DNA of 63,998 nt, counting the filler, from Malassezia furfur (lineage: Eukaryota), in the NCBI GenBank assembly GCA_052055015.1. It is 6 parts of 6 records of this genome, joined end to end, with 100 filler letters (N's around TTAATTAATTAA, not from the genome) between each part and the next. Parts side by side here need not be neighbours in the genome. Positions count along the whole stretch, not along the records: positions 1 to 11,563 come from JBQJIT010000356.1; positions 11,664 to 23,161 come from JBQJIT010000358.1; 4 more parts are not named here. The stretch is one strand, 5' to 3'. This document shows, one piece after another, positions 10,371 through 21,541 of the stretch. Under the pieces are notes generated by a model. That model made no database searches. It was not told the origin of the DNA and was given only the letters and a program-made list of their open reading frames with translations. The position numbers and the translations under genes were made by a program. Every line of letters starts with the position of its first letter. Position 1 is the first letter of the stretch.

Positions 10371-11563
10371 CTATTCGGTGCGTGACTTCTTTGCGTCCGT
10401 CTCGGGGGTCGCCGACGCCTTGCGCTTCAGCGGCTCCTCCTTGGTATGCCCCACGAGCTTGGCAAAGATGGCGCGCAGCTTCTCTGGCTTGACCTTTTTC
10501 GGCCAGAAGAACGAGGAAAAGGCCCAGAGGTGCTCGTACCACTTTTGCTGCCGCGCCTTGGGCAGGTCGGCAAACTTGGTCGCGATCAGGTGGTCAATGT
10601 GCCCGCCGATCGCCGAAAGGCACTCTTTGAGCGTGGCGACTTTTGTGTCGCGGTCGAGGTGCTCGGTGTGGTCCTTGAGCGTCTTGAGCTGCTTCTTGCA
10701 CGGGCGCATGAGCTCCTTGCACGCCAGCTCGTCCATGGACGCATACCCCTCGTCCTCCTCCGAGTCCGACGAGTACTGCGCGGCGCTCCGCTTGCTCGAC
10801 TCGGACACCTTGCGCGAGGCGCTCGACGACCGTGCCTTTTTGTGCGGTGCGTGCGTCGGCGCAGGCTCGGCGGTGCCCTTGGCGCCGATCGCCTCGCGCA
10901 GCACCTTCAGCAGGTAGTCGCCGCGGCGCACGAGGTGGATGGCGTTGGGGATGGGCCGCGACTTGCCCGCGCCCGTCTTTTGCTTGGCGTCGTCGTCGGC
11001 GTGCTCGTCTTTGGCGTCGGCAGAGCGCTTGCCCTCCTCGAGGAAAAAGTGCCCCTGCAGCCGCAGCTCGGGGTCCGCCTCGATCTGCTCCCAGGAGCCA
11101 AAGCCGTGGCGCCAGATGCCGATGAGCAAACGCGAGTCCTCCTCGATGCCCCACGTGCAGTGCCAGTTGAGCGTGCTCTTCAGCGAGTCGACCGGGATGC
11201 GCCACTGCAGCGGGTCGTCCGCGGCCTCGAGCACGTCGGCGAGCAGGTGCAGCTCGTTGTGCCGGATGAGGAGCGTCTCGGCATTGATGTTGTTGATGCC
11301 GCGGTAGTTGATCAGCACCGCGCGCTGCCGCAGCGCCGACGTGATCTCCTCGCCGCGCTCCTGCTTGCCGCGGATAAACGCGTGGTGCTCGGCGAGCTTC
11401 TCCTCCGCGAGCGACACCAGCTCGTCGGACGCCTGGAGGAGCACCGCGCGGTTCTTGTCCTGCAGCTTGCCCTCGGCGACGATCACGTCGTAGCGGTAGC
11501 GGATATCTCCCCAGCGCTGGATGCCGCGCAGCAGCACACGCAGGTCGCGCTCCTTGAGCTCGA
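10371..11563 (-). CDS. CHD1: Chd1/Hrp-type chromatin remodeller, C-terminal fragment (SANT-SLIDE plus C-terminal helical domain)
   Basis: WGIEEDSRLLIGIWRHGFGSWEQI, HLVRRGDYLL, CKELMRPCKKQL...LWAFSSFFWP; truncated by the gap. Confidence 0.88.
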
Positions 11564-11663
11564 NNNNNNNNNNNNNNNNNNNNNNNNNNNNNNNNNNNNN
11601 NNNNNNNTTAATTAATTAANNNNNNNNNNNNNNNNNNNNNNNNNNNNNNNNNNNNNNNNNNNN
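11564..11663. other. Artificial contig spacer
   Basis: 100-nt N run with central TTAATTAATTAA (stops in all six frames). Confidence 0.98.
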
Positions 11664-12053
11664 CAATTGTAGACTACTCCAAAATTACCTGCCCTAGGTT
11701 GACTCTGCGCAAACGCATGAATACCTTGTAGAGCAGAATATAATGGAAAGAACTCATATATTTGGGCGCACTATGGCATTGAAACGTATGGTAACGGCGT
11801 TTGCAGATGAACAAAACAATGGCCCGATGGCATCGTGATTTCGGAAGGGTGCAGATGGGATCATTTGCGGGGCCCAATGGCCTTGATGACGCGTACTAAG
11901 AAACAGGGTAAATCATCCGCAACTCCAGCCAGATTAACGAGCAATGTCTGCAACACAAGATGTGCTGGAAGAACTAGAGGATGGGGACTTTACAGTAATA
12001 TCAGCAGCCGTGAATGTCAGTGCCCCGCGCTCAAAAATTGCACAGGTGGCTAA

Positions 12054-12668
12054 TTAATAGCCTTGGCCATACCCTGCACCGCCCTGCGGGGGCTGGTGTG
12101 GCGGGTAGTTTTGCGCGGGTGCGCCGTAAGGCTGCTGACCGTACGCGGCATAATTGGCCTGCTGAGCAGGGTACGCCGCCTGAGGGGCGGGGTAGCCAGC
12201 AGGCTGTGCCCCGTAAGGCTGCTGCTGGTAGGCGGCATAGCCAGCCTGCTGGCCATAACCAAAGTTGGGCGGCTGCGCACCGACTGATGTGTTAGTGTGA
12301 CATGAAAGGACATGCGTACCGAATGCGCCGTAGCCACCCTGCGCGGCACCATAGGCACCCGCGCCGTAACCGCCGGTGAGGCCACTGTAGCCCAGGTTAG
12401 CGCCGCTCATGCCGCCCATCGGAGGACGGGAGTTGGCCATGTTGACGCGGATGCGGCGGCCATCGAGCTCTTGCTCGTTCAGAGCAGCGATCGCAGCATC
12501 AGCCTCCTGTTGCGTCATGAACGTAACGAAGCCGAAGCCACGCGAGCGACCCGTGTCGCGGTCCTTCATCACGATGTAGTCCGTGAGCTGGCCGTAGGGG
12601 CTGAACGCGTGTGCAAGACCATCATCGGTCGTGTTCCAGCTCAAGTTTCCGACGTAAACTTTAGCCAT
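12054..12668 (-). CDS. Glycine-rich RRM RNA-binding protein
   Basis: RNP2 VYVGNL, RNP1 RGFGFVTF, G/Y/Q-rich tail; 36-nt intron at 12284-12319 (GTACGC...CTAAC...CAG). Confidence 0.9.
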   Translation of the reverse strand: MAKVYVGNLSWNTTDDGLAHAFSPYGQLTDYIVMKDRDTGRSRGFGFVTFMTQQEADAAIAALNEQELDGRRIRVNMANSRPPMGGMSGANLGYSGLTGGYGAGAYGAAQGGYGAFGTHVLSCHTNTSVGAQPPNFGYGQQAGYAAYQQQPYGAQPAGYPAPQAAYPAQQANYAAYGQQPYGAPAQNYPPHQPPQGGAGYGQGY

Positions 12669-13490
12669 GCTAGATTGTGAACGAGAACGTTAAGAGAAGA
12701 TTCTTTGGAGTAGGGAAGCGAATCCAAACTGAAGGCGATCGATGCGCGCGAGAAGAGGGCGACACCACAAACACAAGACACGAAAGCAGAAACGAACCAG
12801 AAGTCGTCACACTAGCGCCACAACCCTTTCTACAAGCTTGGAATGATAGCGGAGCCACGACGATCAGTTAGTTGCCAAGGTCAAGGTCAAGCTTTGCCCC
12901 ACCCGCCCGGGGACCACATGGCTCGCGTCCCCGCCGCCTATCACGCCGGCCGACAAGCCTGGGCCCCCGCTTTAGTCAGGGTCGTGCGCACACAGGCCCG
13001 TGGAATGGGCCACGTGGGTTAGATCGGGAGATGAATGCTGCGGTGGCTCGGGCGTTCATGTGCCGCCACCGCTCCTAGCAGGTGGATGTTGCCGATATGC
13101 GTCGAGTTGCGTCTAGTGGCGCAAACATGGCCCGTCCATTAAGTCAGCGAGTGAATAGCGTTGCGTGCGAGAATTTCTACGCCGAATAATATCGCAAATG
13201 GAACCCTGGTCATCGAGCCCTGGCCGTGCAAAGGTATGTGCCACAATTAGGGGCAGGTTCTAGCACGTGCTGGACTGGTTCCTGATTCGCTGGTGTGGCG
13301 TGTTGTCGTCGGAGTTGCACACGCGTTTTTAGAGCTTGGAAACGTAGGCAGTTGGAACAAGACTCGGTGTACCACGCGTATCGCACCGTACCTCTCCTTT
13401 TCTATCGACCCCGGTGTGACGCCTGGCTTTGCGTAGCACATACACACTCGTGGTGTGCGCTCAGGGTTACCTTAGATGGTCCATTTTACG

Positions 13491-16202
13491 ATGAAGTGTT
13501 TATATTCGGCAGTGGTGCTCTCACTCGTCTTGTGCGGCTGTGCTAGCGCGCAACAGACAGATGGGAAACCACTGACCTACAAGATCGTTCAGCAAGATTC
13601 GCTGGCATCGGCTATGATGCTTGGTCTTGCGGACGAGAACACCGCATTCATTCTCGACAAGGTCGAGGGCAATAAGAAACTGACCAACACGGGCAAGCCG
13701 ACGTGGTCTTCGTTGGTGAACCTCACCGACTTCAGCATGAAGGGTCTGGATGCGGCCACGAACCCCTTCTGTGCCGCGGGCATGACGCTTGGTAACGGCA
13801 CCTATATTGTCGTTGGTGGTAACAAGGCCGTTTCGTACGGTGGCGGTACTCCTCAGGGCGGTGACACCGGGCCTTACGCACCTTACCATGACCAGGATGG
13901 TCGCCGCGTGGTTCGCATTATGGAACCCGCGGACAACTCGGGCGATCTGCAGTGGATCGACCAGTATAACAGCCCGAACCAGATGGACTCGGAGCGGTGG
14001 TACCCTGGTATTGAGGGCCTCGCGGACGGTTCGGTGGTGATCATTGGTGGTGCGACGAGCGGTGGCTACATTAACCGCAACTACCCCAATGTCGACCCAG
14101 TTTATGAGACGACGACACCAAACCCGCCGGACGGCAACTGGGCGCAGGGCGGTGCGAATCCGTCGTACGAGTTCTGGCCCCCTACGAACAAGCCCCAGCC
14201 GGCCAAGTCGCAATTCATGATCAAAACGAGCGGTTTGAACATGTACCCCCACACCTATCTCATGCCCTCAGGCAAGATTTTCATGCAAGCCAACTACAGC
14301 ACGACCCTGTGGGACCCGTATGGCAATACGGAAGAGGACTTGCCGGACATGCCGGGCCAAATTGTTCGCGTATACCCTGCGTCGGCCGCGACGGCCATGC
14401 TTCCCTTGACGCCTGCGAATAACTACACGCCCACGATTCTCTTCTGTGGTGGCTCGACGGCTTCGGACGAGCAGTGGGGTAACTACACTGCGCCCAACAT
14501 CAACATGTACCACCACTCGGCCAACACCGAGTGCCACTCGATCACGCCCGAGAAGAGCGATGGCAGCGCTGCGGACAATGTGGACTACGTGCACGAAGAG
14601 GACCTCCCCGAGGGTCGCTCGATGGGCCAGTTCATCCACCTTCCTGACGGAACGATGGTCATTGTGAACGGTGCCGAGAAGGGTACGGCCGGTTACGGTA
14701 ACACCACCTGGAACCAGGTGCAGGACACGAACGGCAACAAGGTGTACCTCGAGGGCTTTGCGCAGAACCCCACGTACCGCCCCGTGGTGTATGACCCGAC
14801 GCAGCCGCAGGGCAAGCGCCTGGTCTACGAAGGTTTCGGCAACTCGACCATTGCGCGTCTGTACCACTCGTCGGCGATCCTCATCCCCGACGGTTCGGTG
14901 CTTGTGGCGGGCTCGAACCCCCACAACGACGTGGAGACGAACGTGCCGCAGAACCTCAACTCGAAGTACCAGGGCTTCAACACGACCTACGAGCTGGAGC
15001 AGTGGTACCCGAAGTACTACTTTGAGCCGCGCCCGCCGGTGAACAATGTGCCGAAGTACATCAAGTACGGAGGTGACCCCTTCAACGTCACGGTCCCTGC
15101 GAGCTTCATGGGCAAGCAGGCGAACCAGCTCGCGAACCGGACGCAGGTGTTTGTCATCCGTCCCGGTTTCTCGACGCACGCCGTCAACTTTGGTCAGCGC
15201 TCGCTGCAGCTTGACCTCTCGTACGAGGTGCAGGACAGCGGCGATGTGACGTTCATTGTGAACCCGATGCCCACCAACCAGAACATCTTTGTGCCCGGCC
15301 CCGCGCTGTTCTTCGTGACGGTCAACGGTGTGCCGAGCATGGGCAAGATGGTGATGATCGGTGGCGAGAACAAGGGTCTGGTGCCGTTCACGATCAAGTC
15401 GGGCGATACGCCGCCGCCGCTGCCCAAGCCGGTTAACAACCCCAAGTTTGATGCGAAGGTCAGCCAGTCGGCGGCAACGGTCGGTAACTCGAACTCGGGC
15501 AACCACAGCTCGTTGTCGGGTGGTGCGATCGCCGGTATCGTGATTGGTATCGTGGCTGGTGTGATGCTGGCGCTGGCAGGTCTGCTCCTGTACCTGCGCA
15601 AGCGCCGGCGTACGGGCGTCAGCAGCAGCAAATACGCTGCGCTTGGCAACAACCGCAACGCACCGCCCGCGCAGCGCACGGCGCAGTCGGGCGGGCTGGG
15701 TGCGATGCCGTGGGCGAGCCAGACCACTGAAAGTCTGCGCCCCGACCAGACGTTGGACGAGTCGCGGATCAGCATGATGCAGGGCAACGACTCGCACGCG
15801 TCGTTCCACGACCCGAACGATACGTTTGGCCAGCACCATCCGATGGGCTCGTATGCGACGCTGCCCGCGAGCAACAGCCAGAGCAAGATCCTGCCGCAGG
15901 AGCCGCAATACACCGACAACATTCCGATCAACGAAATCTCGCGGAACCAAGCGTGGCCGGTGGCGCCGAGCACTACCTCGACGGGCTTTGCCTCCCCGCC
16001 AGGCCCGGTGCTGTACCCCAACACGGCGCAGGACCCGCAGCGCATGAACACAGCGAGTCCTACACCCTTCGCAGCACCTCTGCCGTCGTCCGCATCTCAC
16101 ACCTCGCACCTGACTGGCCCTCGTGAGATGCCGGTGCGTTCCAACCTGCAGCAACACCTGAACCTGTCCAACCAGGATGCTGGCAACATCCGCCCCATCT
16201 GA
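13491..16202 (+). CDS. glo1: Membrane-anchored glyoxal oxidase / AA5_1 copper-radical oxidase (Ustilago Glo1-like)
   Basis: Signal peptide; active-site motifs NPFCAAG, RWYP, RLYHS, GFSTH; TM helix GAIAGIVIGIVAGVMLALAGLLLYL followed by RKRRR. Alternative start at 13476. Confidence 0.88.
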   Translation: MKCLYSAVVLSLVLCGCASAQQTDGKPLTYKIVQQDSLASAMMLGLADENTAFILDKVEGNKKLTNTGKPTWSSLVNLTDFSMKGLDAATNPFCAAGMTLGNGTYIVVGGNKAVSYGGGTPQGGDTGPYAPYHDQDGRRVVRIMEPADNSGDLQWIDQYNSPNQMDSERWYPGIEGLADGSVVIIGGATSGGYINRNYPNVDPVYETTTPNPPDGNWAQGGANPSYEFWPPTNKPQPAKSQFMIKTSGLNMYPHTYLMPSGKIFMQANYSTTLWDPYGNTEEDLPDMPGQIVRVYPASAATAMLPLTPANNYTPTILFCGGSTASDEQWGNYTAPNINMYHHSANTECHSITPEKSDGSAADNVDYVHEEDLPEGRSMGQFIHLPDGTMVIVNGAEKGTAGYGNTTWNQVQDTNGNKVYLEGFAQNPTYRPVVYDPTQPQGKRLVYEGFGNSTIARLYHSSAILIPDGSVLVAGSNPHNDVETNVPQNLNSKYQGFNTTYELEQWYPKYYFEPRPPVNNVPKYIKYGGDPFNVTVPASFMGKQANQLANRTQVFVIRPGFSTHAVNFGQRSLQLDLSYEVQDSGDVTFIVNPMPTNQNIFVPGPALFFVTVNGVPSMGKMVMIGGENKGLVPFTIKSGDTPPPLPKPVNNPKFDAKVSQSAATVGNSNSGNHSSLSGGAIAGIVIGIVAGVMLALAGLLLYLRKRRRTGVSSSKYAALGNNRNAPPAQRTAQSGGLGAMPWASQTTESLRPDQTLDESRISMMQGNDSHASFHDPNDTFGQHHPMGSYATLPASNSQSKILPQEPQYTDNIPINEISRNQAWPVAPSTTSTGFASPPGPVLYPNTAQDPQRMNTASPTPFAAPLPSSASHTSHLTGPREMPVRSNLQQHLNLSNQDAGNIRPI

Positions 16203-16331
16203 ACGTGGACATGATGCCCTCTTTATGCGATGATCTGGTAGTAAAACCACCACTGTTTCGTCTATGATTAGCAGGTTGCACAATGATAGACAATCGAGAA
16301 ATAAGACACTAAAAAAAAGATGTCGGGCATG

Positions 16332-17501
16332 CTAGAGATCGTACTGGACAAGAAGGCCACGCACTACTTCGTACGTCAAGAACGAAGTACCCATCGAGGG
16401 CGCGACCTTTAGCAGGTTGGGAATCAGACCGTAGTAGAGGCCCTTGACTCCGCTACGGCGCACAATGTTGCGGATGGCATCGATCCCGCCTGGGTGAGTT
16501 GCATGGGACGTACTTTTGTCTTGGTAGCCGAGGTTGGAGTTGGTCATGCCTGCCACCTGCATCCGGCGGCGGATGACATCCAGTGGGTATGTAAGGGTCT
16601 GGCTTATTGCCCCCGCCCATGCACCACACACGAGCTTCATGAGTGCGCCGGGCGGTGTGCCGTCGGCGTCGGTAAAGAAGGTGCGCGCATGCTCGTAGAA
16701 ATAAAAGTTGAAGGCAACATAGGGGGCAACACCCTGTGGTGAGAAATAGCCAGTACGCACCATGCTGGTCGGCACGCATCCACGATACAGCCCACGCAAC
16801 CCGCCCTCTTCGCGGTACACTTTGGCGGTCATTTCGACCACGCCGGGCACGTGGAGAGGACCGTGTGGCCGACCGGAGTGCTCAATTTGGTATAGCGACG
16901 CGGACGCAATCGAGATACGTGAGCGCACAAGATCCAGCGGGTATGTTGAAACCACACTGGCAATACCCGCAGTGGCACCCGCAACGAGCTGCACCAGCCC
17001 CTTGTGCTTGGTCTCGGTGTGCTCGGTGCGCTCGGTCCTGCCCAGAATGGTCTCGACGGCGACCGGGTGCGAAAGCCATCCCTTCACAGCCTCGTAGGTG
17101 GTGAACTGGACGGCACTGTACGGTGCAATGCGCAGGCAGTTGATCCCGTTTCCCCGCATGAATCCCTTGAAGCCCTCTTCGCGCCAGATGCGGCTCAAGC
17201 CGTTCCAGACGCCCGAATAGGCATGTTTTTCGCCCTTGACCGGCGTCGGCTGGACTTGCCTGGGTAAGTGAGGAAACACACATGATGACTGGGTAAGCAA
17301 AGGACACCTACTTTTCAGCCGCTCCAGCGGACTCACGACCGTCCGGCTCGCGGCACCGGCAGCGCCGCCTGCGATAAACGTAGACCACTGGAATGCGCTG
17401 CCCGACTCCTCTGGAGTTGTCTGCTCCGAGTTTTGTGTTGGCATGGGAGACCGATTGGGTACTTCGGTGCGCTGTTCTGCTGGGTCGTGTCTAGTGTGCA
17501 T
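16332..17501 (-). CDS. Mitochondrial carrier (SLC25; YPR011C/SLC25A42-like)
   Basis: Three carrier motifs: PLERLKIIMQ (after splicing), PLDLVRSR, PLDVIRRRMQ. Introns at 17289-17311, 17260-17281, 16734-16760, 16490-16513. Alternative start at 17444. Confidence 0.9.
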   Translation of the reverse strand: MHTRHDPAEQRTEVPNRSPMPTQNSEQTTPEESGSAFQWSTFIAGGAAGAASRTVVSPLERLKSRCPLLTQSSCVFPHLPRQVQPTPVKGEKHAYSGVWNGLSRIWREEGFKGFMRGNGINCLRIAPYSAVQFTTYEAVKGWLSHPVAVETILGRTERTEHTETKHKGLVQLVAGATAGIASVVSTYPLDLVRSRISIASASLYQIEHSGRPHGPLHVPGVVEMTAKVYREEGGLRGLYRGCVPTSMVRTGYFSPQGVAPYVAFNFYFYEHARTFFTDADGTPPGALMKLVCGAWAGAISQTLTYPLDVIRRRMQVAGMTNSNLGYQDKSTSHATHPGGIDAIRNIVRRSGVKGLYYGLIPNLLKVAPSMGTSFLTYEVVRGLLVQYDL

Positions 17502-17636
17502 GCGTCATGCCGCGCCGCCGTGGAGCGTCAAGGAGCTGGTAGCCGGCGCGTTGCGTGCGAAGAAGCTATTGTATTCGGTGCTGATTGGTGGACCCACACA
17601 GCGACGCGAGCTTAGTCATCGGGGGACTGCGGGGTG

Positions 17637-20600
17637 CTACGAAAAGCCCTTCCAGAGCGACGAGCCGCCGCTCTCCTCGGACTTGGCGGAGGTCAGGTCC
17701 GAAGAGATAACGCGGTGCACATAGCAGAGCTGGGTCAGCAAGCAAAAAACGTACGTAGTCGACGTAGCTCATCGCGTCGTTGTTCTGGTCCTCGACGAGG
17801 TTGTTGGCGAGTTCCACTTCCACTGCGGTCAGTCTTGGGCTCGGCATACGTACTCCCGTCGCGGTTTTGGCGCGCGATGATCACTTGGAGCGTCGGCTTG
17901 CAGCGCTGTGCGGCAAAGCCTGCAATCATGCTGCGCACCTGCTTGGACAGTTTCGTCGGCAGGTTCGGCAAGCTGGTCATGCGCGGATCGAGTTCGTCCA
18001 GCGAGCCGACGCCGTACAGGTCCTCCAGCAGCTTCGGCGAGACCTGGGCGCCGAGCCAGAGCAGGCACCACTCGCCGTTCTCCAGGAGGTAGGCGCCATG
18101 CGGCTCCATGCGCGCATAGCTCGGGCGCATCAGGTGCGGGCACTCGGTGATCTTCAGCAGCGCGTCCTCCTCGGCCTGCTTCTCGGGCGAGAGGCCCTCG
18201 CGCGGCACCACCGGCTCGCCGTCTGTGGGCGCGAGGCGGTGCAGCGCGACCATGCGTGGGTACAGCAGCGCCATGGTCGACCCGACGCTCAGGCCAAGGA
18301 GCAGGCGGATGAAGTACACACGCACGTCCGACGTCACGTTCCCGCCCTTGATGGCCTTGTTCTTGATCAGCGCAAGGATGTAAAGCGGGAACAGCTTGAA
18401 GCTCTCTGGCAGGATGAGCTGCCCTGCGCTCGTCGACGACGCGCAGTTGCGGCGGTACGCGGTGAGGATGGCAACACACTTGGACGTGAGGTAGCTCCGC
18501 ACGTCCTTGAGCGACTTGGTGTGCGCCAGCGTGACGGCCTCCTTGGCGTAGAACGCCATGGCGCTGTCCATGTCGGCATACCGGAACACGTTGCCGAGCG
18601 CCGCAGTGACTGGCACGGCCATGGTATGCACACGCACGCGGCGCTCGCCCGTAGCGGTGGTGTACAAAACGGCGCACTGGAAGTAGGCCTCCTGCGACTC
18701 GTCCAGCTTGCCGTCGTGCTTGACAAGCGCGGTGAGCGCCTTGTCCGCGTCCCACGTGCCGAGCTCGAGGTCGGTGAGCGAGTGTGGGTGGAAGTTGCCG
18801 TAGTGCTTCGCGATGCGGAGCCCGGTGGAGCAGCGGATGCGCATCGTGACGTTGTGCGCCGTCTCACGCAGCACGGTGCGCTGCACCTCGGCAATGACGC
18901 GCGCGCCGTCGCGCACCGGGTCGAAGCGGGGGTGGAAGAACACCTCGCCGCCGGTCTCGGCGGTCATGTGCCCGATCGTCGCAACGTCAATGTACTGGCT
19001 CGGGAAGAAGAAGGTGTTGACGCCGACGCCCGCGAGCGCAAATTCCTCGCCCATCTGCCGGTAGAAGGCGTCCTGCACACCGAACAGGTTCTTTTCGCTG
19101 TCCGTGCCGTACAGCTTGGTGTCCTCACGGTGCTTGAGCTTGCCGGGGCCCACCGTCGGGATGGTCGACAAAAACAGGTTGAGCTGTCCGCCGACCGCAG
19201 CGAGCGTCGCCTCCGCGGCCCGCAGTGCGGAACCGAGCGCCGCCTCGGACGAGGTGGTGTTGGCAAAGTTGGCCGGCAGGTCGCGCAGCAACGACTCGAT
19301 CACCGAGCGCGACGCCCACGGGTCGACAAGTAGGCCGCTCGAGATCGGGATAAAGGGGTCCGCAATGTCCGCCATGACCATCATCTGCGCCTGGCCCAGC
19401 TCAGGGTCCAGGCTGTAAAAGTGCAGCGCCTGGTCAAACGTCAAGAAGCCCACGCGGCTGCCGGGCGGCAAACCAAAGCCGGGGCTGGCATCGGTCGGCG
19501 CACCCTCGGCGGGGCCATAGAGCGCCTCGCGGATCGCCTGGCAACACACCTGCAGCGCGCCGCACCGGACCGCACTGAAGCTCACATCGATCACGAAGAA
19601 GTAGGTCAGCGGACGCGGCGCCCGCACGGTCGTCTGGCCCTTGCCGAGGTTCAGCGTGCCGAGCGCCGCCTCGCCCGCGGCCTTGGCGGCCCGCGCCGCC
19701 GACTTGGTCGCCGGGTCGTCGGTGTCGTTCGCGAGGTTGTCCGCCATGCGCTCGACGCTCTCCTGCATGCGGGACGGCGTGGTGAGTTGCAGCGTGCTGG
19801 CTCCCAGCACACCCACGGGCGTCGGCAGCATGTGCGACACGTCGAGTGACGTCTGCACCGCCCAGTACTCGGTCGGCACGGGGAAGTCGACCGAGCCGTG
19901 CGTCAGTTCGGGGCGCTGCTCCAGATCCACACGCCGCCCAGAAATGTCCAGGTTGCAGAAGTAGTCCGGCGCCACGTCCGTCGCGTTCCCACACAGGCTG
20001 CAGATCCACTTCATGCCACCCTCCACAAACAGGCACCACGGGTTGATGTACCCGCGGCACCGCTTGCATCGCGGCGGGCCGGTCTCACCCATCTGCGCAA
20101 GCGGCACGGCAGCTTCGTCGGCACGCAGCTGCGCAAACGGTTGCACTGTGAGCGCGATCGGCAGCTTCGACGTGGCGGCAACCTCGTCGGTAGTCGGTAC
20201 ACAGTAGGTCGTCAGCCGCATAAACTTCGGCGAGCAGTTCCCTTGATCGATCGCCGCAAAGTTGGTCGTGCTCAGTGGCAGCCCTTCACGGCTGCACGTG
20301 CCAAAGAACTCGTGGTTGAAGAACTGCTGGTCAGCATACTGCGCATCCACGGGCGCAGGGATCTGGTCGGGGTCGATCTTGGGTCGCGCACCCTGCCCCG
20401 GTGCGCCCATCCCAGACACGGGCGCACTCTGTGCCGTAGGCATCCCCGGCGCACCGCCCATAGCAGTGCCGGTGCCCGCGGCCTGTGGCAGTGCGTTCGG
20501 CGGCATCCCCGGCGCGCGTGCCGCATTCGGCGGCATCACACCACCGTTCTGCGCAGCGAGCGCCGCCCGGTTCGCCATCAGCTGCGCCTGCGAAATGGCA

Positions 20601-21367
20601 TTGCGTTGCCCGGGAATCTGATCGAGCGCAGTGTCCATATCCATGTCCCCCGTGCTGCCGGTCGGCGTGTATGCCGTGTTGGCGGGACCGCGCGCAGCCG
20701 CAGGGTCCTGCTGCCACGCAGCCTGCGGCGGCGGCGGACGTGCCGTGACGTCGTTCCAGCCAGACGAAGCCGGCGCTGCATCCTGGTGGTAGGCACGCGC
20801 GGCACGCTTCGAGCGCGCCGGACCCATCGGCGGGCGCACGGGCGGCGCAGAAGGCGTCCTGGGCGCCGAAGGCGTGCCCGGCGCGGACGGCGTACCCACC
20901 GCCATGCGGTTCATCCCGCTCTCCAGACCCGTCTGTGCCGTGCCAGGACGACTTCCAGGCGCGGGCGAGCGTGCAGGAGGGCGCGGCGAACGCGGCGGCA
21001 GCGGTGTACCCGCACCAGGTGGACGCGGAGACCGAGGAGGCAGCGGTGCACCGGCGCCGGTGGCGCCCGCCGCAGGAGGGCGCGGCGAGCGCGGAGGCAT
21101 CGGCGCAGTGGGCGGGCGCGGCGAACGCGCCTGCGGCATCGGGCTGCGGCTCGGGTTCGCCACGCGTGGGTTCATCGTAGACGCAGCAGTGCCAGCAGCG
21201 GGGCGCATCGCCGGCGCGCCCGCAGCCGCTGGTGGCCGCACGGCTTGAGCGCCGTTCGGACGAACAGCCGGAGGGCGAACGCCTAGAGGTGAGACGGACA
21301 TGGACGACATACCCTGCGCGGGTGGGCGAGGCGAAGGCCCCCGCATCATAGGAGGACGTGAGTCCAT
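17637..21367 (-). CDS. SEC24: COPII coat subunit Sec24 family (Sec24C/D, Sfb3-like)
   Basis: Pro-rich N-terminus, Zn finger RCKRCRGYINP...WICSLC, trunk FVIDVS, GQLILPESFKLFP. Introns 17823-17853 and 17730-17754 restore the ending SYVDYLCYVHR. Confidence 0.92.
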
Positions 21368-21541
21368 GGTGACACAAGAAACGGCAAGAGTAAGCCGGTT
21401 CGAGTGGAATGCACCTAGGCGCACAAGACGTCGTCGCCTAAGACAAACACTCACGAAGCCTCGCCGCGTGGCCGCCCACTTCGGCCGACAGCGGGCCACG
21501 TCGCCGCGCCCACTTTGCGCGTTGACGCGGTTTCACGAAGC

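Noticed and set aside
11676..11690. Sm-site-like AATTTTGGAG on the minus strand
   Set aside because: No recognisable U1, U2, U4 or U5 sequence nearby.
12874..12891. CAAGGT tandem repeat in the RRM/glo1 intergenic region
   Set aside because: A single short occurrence with no supporting recurrence.
13491..16202. Membrane-anchored glyoxal oxidase as a novelty
   Set aside because: Matches the known membrane-bound Glo1 type of smut fungi.
20840..21130. PPRSPRPP and PGTPSA repeats in Sec24
   Set aside because: Ordinary low-complexity Pro-rich Sec24 N-terminus.
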